DNA of 57,976 nt, filler included, from Sphacelaria rigidula (Eukaryota): NCBI GenBank assembly GCA_964200075.2. It is 9 parts of 9 records of this genome, joined end to end, with 100 filler letters (N's around TTAATTAATTAA, not from the genome) between each part and the next. Parts side by side here need not be neighbours in the genome. Positions count along the whole stretch, not along the records: positions 45,173 to 51,524 come from CAXNAA020020593.1; positions 51,625 to 57,976 come from CAXNAA020020594.1; 7 more parts are not named here. One strand, written 5' to 3'. Of the stretch, positions 50,143 through 57,976 are shown in pieces (position 1 is the first letter of the stretch; each line of letters starts with the position of its first letter). The notes beneath the pieces were generated by a model. That model saw nothing but the letters and a program-made list of their open reading frames with translations, did not search any database and was not told the DNA's origin. The translations under genes and the position numbers were made by a program.

Positions 50143-51940
50143 TGAAACACTCGCTGGAGAAGAAGAGAAACAGAAAAAAATAAAAAGTCGAACAGAACGA
50201 CATGGCAATAGTCATCTACATGTAGTACAACGGTTTTGTGATTTTTTCTCGTAGTTGGCGGTTTTCGATAATGTTTTCGCGTGCTCCTACCGCTCATCCC
50301 GGTGGGCCTTACATCCCAAAGTTTAGGGATCCGGAGATACTAGGCATCGACATCTGCTCCACTTCCCGATACAAATATCTTGTCTGCAATCAATATTTGA
50401 AAGATTTACGGGCTGGCCGGTTTTCGGGGGTCCCGCGACTTCCTAGCCCCAGATTTTGACCGTTGGGTATTTTGTCTCGATTGAAGCAATCCCGATCTTC
50501 CTCGTGGACAAATGTAAAACAATGGTTTTCTGCATATCTACATGTTGATTGCACTAGAGCCGAAAAACTGTGTTTTTCCTCACCAGTTACGGTCGATAAC
50601 ACCCCCTGATGAACGCTGTCCTCACTCCGTATCACCCTGACAACACCAACTTGAGGATTGTGTCCTGGGCACCACCTCCTTCTTTTCTCAATATCTATCG
50701 ACGCAAGGAATTTCGGGTGCTAAGGAAGAACACTGTACGAGAAACTTCAGAAACATTCCCAGCTACGAATATTGCCCGACCGAGCTCTGTATAACACAGG
50801 GGTGGGTCAATCAATCCCTGTCCCTCTCGTGAATAACTTTACATACCCTTATTTTACTTTTCTCATCTTTTCATTGCGCTGTAAATGCGTTTTGGACGAA
50901 AAACGGTCGATAACACCCCGTGTCAATTCAGCCCGTAAGACGTTCAATATTCAGCGCAAATATAAATGTGGAGCTGATGCCTAGCATCTCCCGAGCTCCA
51001 AGCTTGGGGTTACAACATTCAATGGGATAAACGGTGGCACGTAAGAAAACTATTGAAAATCGCCGACGACCAAAATGTTGCGAGAATACCCTGGTTCAGC
51101 TGAAAATACTGCACCCCCTCCCGTCTCCTCCACGAGACTGTCATTTTGGAACATGCCCTGGTTCATTTCGCCATTCTCGTACCTACCCATTATCCTATGA
51201 GGGGAGGGTGGGGGGGGCACGTGGGTATTTTGCGACGTGTTTGAGTGATACTACGATGGGGGGCAGGGGGGAGTGGGGGGGGTGATTCCACAGAAAACAG
51301 GGGCTCACAGGTGTGTTGGGGGGCCTAACTACTCGCGGTGCGTTTGTATGTGGGTGAAAACGGTGTTCAGTGATATGAATGAATGAGTGTCTCGTATTGG
51401 TAACAAGTTCCTTTGAACAAATATTGCTGCTGATTTGAGCTGAAATTTGTTGAAAACAATTATGGCCCGAAATACCAAATCACCACCCCCCCCACCCACC
51501 CCCCCCCCACCACACATAACAACCNNNNNNNNNNNNNNNNNNNNNNNNNNNNNNNNNNNNNNNNNNNNTTAATTAATTAANNNNNNNNNNNNNNNNNNNN
51601 NNNNNNNNNNNNNNNNNNNNNNNNGAAGTAGTGGTCTACGGATATTGCATGCATGGATATGAGTACACCCCCCCCTCCCCTCTCCCCCCCCCCAGCACTT
51701 ATTTTGTTGCGTGTTAGAGCAAGAAATCATCATATCACCCTGACCAAGAACGGAAAGTCTGATGCGTTATGCGGGGTTCTTATATTTGCTTCTGCTTCTT
51801 GCTCGTCAGAGCAGTCACGCTCGAACACCTGTGGGCACACGAGCCCGCGTTAAAAAAGCGACAGCCTATAGCAAAAGTAACCACAAAATCTCACGCCTCG
51901 CTAATCTTGCGCGGACTACTGACAGATACTCCAGGCTCAC

Positions 51941-54908
51941 GACACGGAAACGAGATCCCATCAATGTCGTCATGGTAAGTGATGAGCTTGGAGAGGGCGG
52001 TGTGTCCGCCATCTGAGCGGTACCCATGCCGAAGATCTGTGTACACGGCAGCCGCCTCGGCAATGCACTAGGGGGACAGCAGGCTGAATGCTCCCCCCCC
52101 TCCCCCTTTCCCTCAACAGGAGTAGGAACGGTGCTTCATCTCGAAGGATGCGTGGTCGAGTTCAAACGACCATGACAAGCAACTAGTGAGTACAACCCCC
52201 CCTCCGCCCCTCACCACCTCCAAAATCTCGAATTTTCGAGCTTGGGGCCTACGGGTCCCGGAATCTCGTGCCCGTAGCCCCTGGGTGTACCTGCGTACAA
52301 GAAACGTCACACTTGACAGTGACAACTAGAATTTTTTCGGGACGAGGGAAACTCCGCATCCTGTACGTTTTGTAGGGTATGATATTTCGTACAGAGTTTA
52401 CAAAACTGTCGGGTACCGGTTTGGAAGTCTCACAGAGGTTACAGAACCATCGGGTACCGGTATGAAAGTATTCCAGACTTTACAGAACTTGTCGGGTACG
52501 GTACGGGAAGCTTACGGAGAACCGGTACCGGCAATCGGGTACATCTTTTCGGGTATACCCGCCCCCTCGGGTTCGGGTAAATGTAGTATACAGAACAACA
52601 CAACTATCGGGTAAGGTATGAAAGTATTACAGAGACTACAGAACTGTCGGGTACCGGTATGAAAGTTTTACAGAAGTCACAGAACTGTCGGGTACAGCAC
52701 ATACCCGGAAAGATACCCCAGGTATACAGAAGACCGTACCTTACAGGACACAACCTCGGATTTGTTTGTTGGGGTGCTCAAAGAAATGAGAGGGCAGGGT
52801 GTGTTCGGGCCATTAGGCGATGTTTCGATTAAACCTATATCCATACTTCCAGAGGGTATATACCTGTGCGCGTACCTGCAACGGGGTATATCTGCAAGGG
52901 TATACCCTAACCCCGGGTAAGGTTACAGGAAGCTTACAGAGTTTACAGAACCGTCGGGTACCGGTATGGAAGTCTCAAGATTTACAGAACTTGTCGGATA
53001 CGGTACGGGAGGCTTACGGAGAACCGGTATCGGCAATTGGGTTCCTCTTTTCGGGTATACCCGCCCCTCGGGTTCGGGTAAATGTAGTGTACAGAACTTA
53101 CAGAGCCGTCGGGTACCGGTATAAAAGTCTTCCAGACTTTACTGAACTCGTCGGGTACGGTATGGGAGGCTTACAGAAAACCGGTACCGGCAATCGGGTA
53201 CATCTTTTCGGGAATACCCGCCTTTCGGGTTCGGGTAAATGTAGTATAGCGAAGTTACAGAACTATCGGGTAAGGGTATGAAGGTATTACAGAGATTTCA
53301 GAACTGTCGGGTACCGGTATGAAAGTCTTACATAAATCACAGAACTGTCGGGTACAGTACATACCCGGAAAAATATCCCGGGTATACAGAAAACCGTACC
53401 TTACAGAACACAACCTTGAATAGTTGCATTTGGATTTCTTCTTCTATGCGAAGTACCGGTCGAGTGCCACCTGTGCCGCTATCGTTGGGTTGGAACACTC
53501 CGCGGTACCAAAAATCCATCAGTGCAGTGACGAATCCTGAACCGAATAACAGGGACGACTCGTGCATGTCATTCGTTAACTGGGCTGTTCAGCTGAACGC
53601 GCGTGCTTCACTGAACCGTCTGTGCTGGGAAACTAATGGCGGGAGCGTATTTTGGCGCCAAAATGGAGGGGTCGTCGTCCCACAGCAGCAAGGCATGCCT
53701 GTACGGATGACAAGCAGAGCTCCTCACCAGAGGGACTTGGAGTACTGTACAAATGTGCGCATGTAGTAATAAGAGTAGCACTAACTCTGGTTGTCCATGA
53801 CTGGGGGGCAGGGTAAATATCAATACTCATCATGGGGCGAGCATCGGGCCGGTAGTGGCCAGCGTGCAGCGGCAACATGTCACCGCAGCTACACACCGTA
53901 TCGCTGCACCCATGTGTGCAACGGCCAGTACCGACTTGATACAGACCAACACAAGCACCGCACAAAGACGAGTGCATGATGGAGAAATAGTGTTGTACAT
54001 TCATGCCAAATGTGTCAACGGTGAAGCTATAGCGCTGTCCGCTTGTACGCGGCTCCCGTCTGCACGTCATCATGAGCGCAGGGGCGATTGCTTCCGAAAT
54101 GCGCCAGAGGACAAGCACAAAGGGGCCCCGGAACGTTCGTGGTTTGCTGTCTTATGACGATAGATTGTCGTACCCTCACCTCCGGGTAACATTTCCGTCT
54201 GCTCCAGAAGAAGACATCTCAGAAAGAGTGTGTTGACTGAACTCCTTGCTGGGCGTGGTTAGGTGTTCGTTTGTCTTTGTCGCTGTGACGAGCAGTGTTA
54301 GCCCTCAGAGTACAGAGTTTGTTCTGGACGGGTTGGGCAAAAAGTCTCAACGGATTTGGGTGGCGTTGGAATGTTTCATGGTCATGATCCATTATCTCTC
54401 TGTAGATAGGTCACTTTCGGTTTTGTAGTGTCCCGTATCCCATATTCTCATGCTCAACCTGACCGCTGCCAGGTACTGCTGCATGAAGAACCGAGCAATC
54501 TCATTCATACTGCTCTTGTGACATTTTGAATGTTATATCAATACGATAAGTGCGCTATATCTGCTAAAAATTGAATTGTACACACATACACCAGAAATAT
54601 ATTGTTGGCTATTCCTTCGGGGCCGTCTTTGTACTGTCCGCGTTTCCTATTGTCATACAAACGCGCGACAACTACAACCAGCTCGTGTTTGAAGGACACC
54701 GTACCTCTGTTGCTCCTTACTGTTTGTACACTCCCAGCATAAGAGTATCAGTAACAGCGATAGCAAGAACCGCAACAACGAGCCGCATTACCCTTCCATA
54801 TGCTAGCTGCTTCTGTACCCGGTGCCCAGAGGGCACTCGCTCGCCAATTTCGCCGGCGCCGCCCCTCCTCCTCGGCCGCTCCCTATTCTGCCGCTCCGCC
54901 CTCGACAT
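51941..54908 (-). CDS. Probable exons of an unknown gene with an N-terminal membrane anchor. Candidate exons 54908-54721, 54509-54459, ~53692-53620, ~53536-53471, 52067-51941; the model is incomplete
   Basis: MSRAERQ...YGRVMRLVVAVLAIAVTDTLMLGVYK ends at a GTAAGG donor. CIAEAAAVYTDLRHGYRSDGGHTALSKLITYHDDIDGISFPC is bounded by ccccctAG and GTGAGC. I could not reconcile the phases of the middle exons. Confidence 0.4.
52367..53416. repeat. Two related elements (~52367-52757 and ~52855-53416) built from ~40-bp subrepeats TTACAGAAC(T/C)GTCGGGTACCGGTATG(A/G)AAGT
   Basis: More than ten degenerate subunits. Both blocks end in GGTATACAGAA.ACCGTACCTTACAG.ACACAACC. Confidence 0.85.
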
Positions 54909-57900
54909 GCGCCGCGGCTTTTGGAAACCATTACCGGAACCGGCTAATCGTGCTGTCGACACGCAATGCAGTGGCGTTACGGGTAAAAGGCAGAGATCTG
55001 CACGGGACGGCGGGTAGGCAGACCAGCAACCAAAACATGGGAGGAGAGGAGAGCAACGGAGATCCACCTCCGCCGCCACGGTGGGTCTCTATGTAGCGTG
55101 GAAGTACGTTTGCGTGTTGAGCTTGTTTTGCTGAAACGGCGAGCGTTTGTTCTCGCTGTCACAAGATCAGCATGCGATTGCAGTTTCATCCCACGGGTGT
55201 TATGCGGGCAGGCGGTGAGACCATCATCGAGTGCTGCCGAACTCTCCCGTGTGTTGGTGGGGTTGAGTTGCTGGATCTCGCTTGATCTGTTCAGTACAAC
55301 GTGCTTTGTTTCGCGAGTAGCTGTGCCACCTTGTAACCATGTATACATTCGGACCTGTTCGGCTGCTACAGCAGCAGTACACACAACAGTAGTTTGGAGA
55401 TGTACAGCACTTACGGTATCCGCTGGTCTGTATGTTCGTTCTCTCCACACCGTCCGGTTTTTGAAGAACATACTATCTTGCATACTGACTGTGGTACTGT
55501 AGTGGCGTAACACAAACCACAGACTCCGTAGTAGCACAGACGGTACTACAGACAAGAGTACCGTACACATGAAAAAAAAATAGTGAAAGGGGTTGGGGGG
55601 GGGGGCGACCCCACCCACGCAGTGCTTTACTGTACGTATCAAGGGCGGCATGACACTTACCTTCAGCAGTGGGTGCGATGGAGGAGAATCCCCTCACACT
55701 TTCAATCACACATGCCGCTACCAGACGCTTCCGTGTTTATTTGCGATAAGCCTGACACGTTCGTCAGGATCGCGGCACTGACCGGTCCGTGCTGTGCCCC
55801 ACCAAGGGGTACATGCAGGTTTTGTAGCTGAAGTACAACAGTCGGCGATACTTGCTTGCTCCATGTCCCACGGTACAGACAGTCGTACAACACCCCACAA
55901 GGGTACTGAGTGCTAGGTACTGGTACCTTCACTCGAGCCATTGTCCGTCCAACGTGTACGAGTACCTTATCCTCCTGCAAGTGGGGCTTTTGGACACGAG
56001 CCAGGGTACTCACGACAGAAAAAAAATGTCTTCCAAGCACCGGCGTGAAGGAAAGGGAACAGAAGTGGCGAGTAGGTGTTTATCGGCCCATCGAAGGACA
56101 TTTTTCGTGACCGATATCTCCATTGTTTTCGTCATGAACGCGCTGCATTACCAATTTACCGTTTTACACATAAACTGGCAACAAAAACGGAGAAAGAACC
56201 AACCGAAATCTTTTTTATATATGTATAATAGCGTAGCTTAAAGTTGCGGCCCATGCGTTAGCTGGCAGTGCATACTTGATTCGTCTTCAGTAATGGCGCT
56301 CGCGCTTCACTTTTCTGCGATAGTTTACCGCTCGTGGCCATTTTTATAAAGAGGCGTTACCATCGAACCCAAACGGAAATGCCCCGTCCCGCCCCCTGAT
56401 CAGACTGTTCAAGTCATTCACCGACGCCCATGGTTGTGAAAGGAAACGATATCATGCAAGTACGACCACATGGGATACGCATGCTGACCAGGCATCCCGC
56501 TGTGATCGGGTCACTCTTTTCCCAATCGTAGCGACGCTCAGGGTTAGCGTGTCCAATTTTCATCGGTGAAAACAAATGTTCAGATGCAGCAAGAAGCATG
56601 CCATTCATTATATAGTGACTACCAATAGTCTCCAGTCCCATGTCCTAGTGGTGCAGTACGTTACTTCACGGGTTTTATTATTCATAATTTTCATCCATTT
56701 TCGTAGAATTTCGGACTTTCTAAAAAAAAAGCAGAAAAAAATCCAACGCTGAATCCTCCGAGTAAAATATAGTCAGTCTTGAATCGTTATTTCCCTTGAC
56801 GTGGTCAAGATATCTGTTGTCACTTTTTTCGGGATTTTTTTTCCCCAATGAGTCGGACAAGTCTGAAACAAAACGGCACCGCTAATAATGGCCCTTATAG
56901 TTCTTCATTGCTACTGCGAGGGGTGTGTACGGTTACGCGTCACGCTATTGCTGGGTGTTGGGCGATGTACCGTGTGCGTTCGAAGGAGACGTTGTATTGT
57001 GTGAGTGCCCTGACTGTCTTGTGTTTTTCACCTGTCTATACTGACGTGCCAATCACAACGAATTAGTTGATGGGCCATGCATGCCAATCCCGAAGCTTTG
57101 AAGCCCCCGCAGGTGAAAGAATCCCGCCTTTTTGCAATAAGTGTCGGATGAAAAATATCAGAGAATCTTCTCCGTCAATTGCGTAAAGAAACGACACTTC
57201 AAAATCTACGTTCATTTTCCGAGAAGGGTCAAGTATATCTTCACTTGATTTGCAGGCGTGGAAGTCTCCATGGCGGCTGTACCCTGAAATTGCCAACAAA
57301 AAACACAAGTGCATGGCTTGTGCGAAAAAGCTCCACGGGGCAGCTCGATTGCCGGCGTTTGATATTTCAGGTACGAATCAGGGGAGGCGAGAGGTATGCG
57401 TGCTGCATGTGATGCAAGACGAAAGACCACCCGCATGCTCCATAAGGCTGTGTGTTATCGAGGCCGAAAAAGAACAAGCGGGAAAAGGAATAAGTGTGAA
57501 AAAAGCAGCGTTTTGATTACTCGCCGCAACCATGGACTCGCCCGGCAACCAATCAACATGCTCCTTTTGGACGCATGTTCCTTTTCCCGCTTCTTTCTCT
57601 TGGTCTCGGTAAGACACGGCCTACGATAGGAGTTGTGACCCGCTGCTAGCTCTAGTTGATGGAAGGTATCGACGGTTCAGCCCGAACGCGCTAATGTACA
57701 TGTTTCGTTTTTTTCTGTCGGCAGTGTACAGCACTAAAGTGACACGGTACCTTTTTGATACGCACTCACTGGTGAGTGATGTCACGATAGGGGTATACCT
57801 TTTTTTGTGCTGTAAGAGCCTCTCGATGACAAATATATGAGCCTTAGCGTGCAGCCTCAGAAAACTATTCACGGTTAGGACGAATCATCATGACTAAGAA

Positions 57901-57976
57901 TCATCAAATCCACGATTACTTCGGCCTGATTGCCCAAAAGGGAGAAAAAAGTTGACCGCTGGTCCAAGCGGTATCC

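Noticed and set aside
52367..53416. Regularly spaced ~40-bp repeats suggesting a CRISPR array
   Set aside because: The units are degenerate and contiguous with no unique spacers, no cas genes are present, and the context is eukaryotic.

Overview
Eukaryotic, intron-rich and repeat-rich DNA. A brown alga or other stramenopile is my inference from the gene structure and repeat content, not proven. The window is not one locus. It is nine contigs of 6354-6352 bp, sorted by decreasing length and joined by an artificial 100-nt linker (N44-TTAATTAATTAA-N44), so neighbourhood across linkers means nothing. Contig 1: first exon of an LYR-motif (LYRM7/MZM1-like) gene, head-to-head with a spliced kinesin gene whose intron holds a 44-bp hairpin. 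Contig 2: a spliced Sola-type DDD transposase pseudogene with at least 7 exons, divergent from a ParB/Srx-like ORF fragment. Contig 3: 3' part of a PHD-finger + bromodomain gene. Contig 4: a decayed LINE interrupted exactly at its FADD motif by a second LINE, plus a U6 snRNA-like copy. Contig 5: mostly unexplained decayed repeats. Contig 6: a spliced protein of about 1,650 aa with the Academ/AcademX architecture (DDE transposase + XPG/FEN/XRN-like nuclease + Cys-rich finger) and one in-frame stop; this is the strongest candidate for a notable system. Contig 7: a Gag-like ORF ending in a fold-back mosaic of six alternately oriented copies. Contig 8: Stowaway-like MITEs and LINE scraps. Contig 9: a repeat array and probable exons of an unknown membrane-anchored protein. 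All assignments come from reading motifs by eye; no searches were run.
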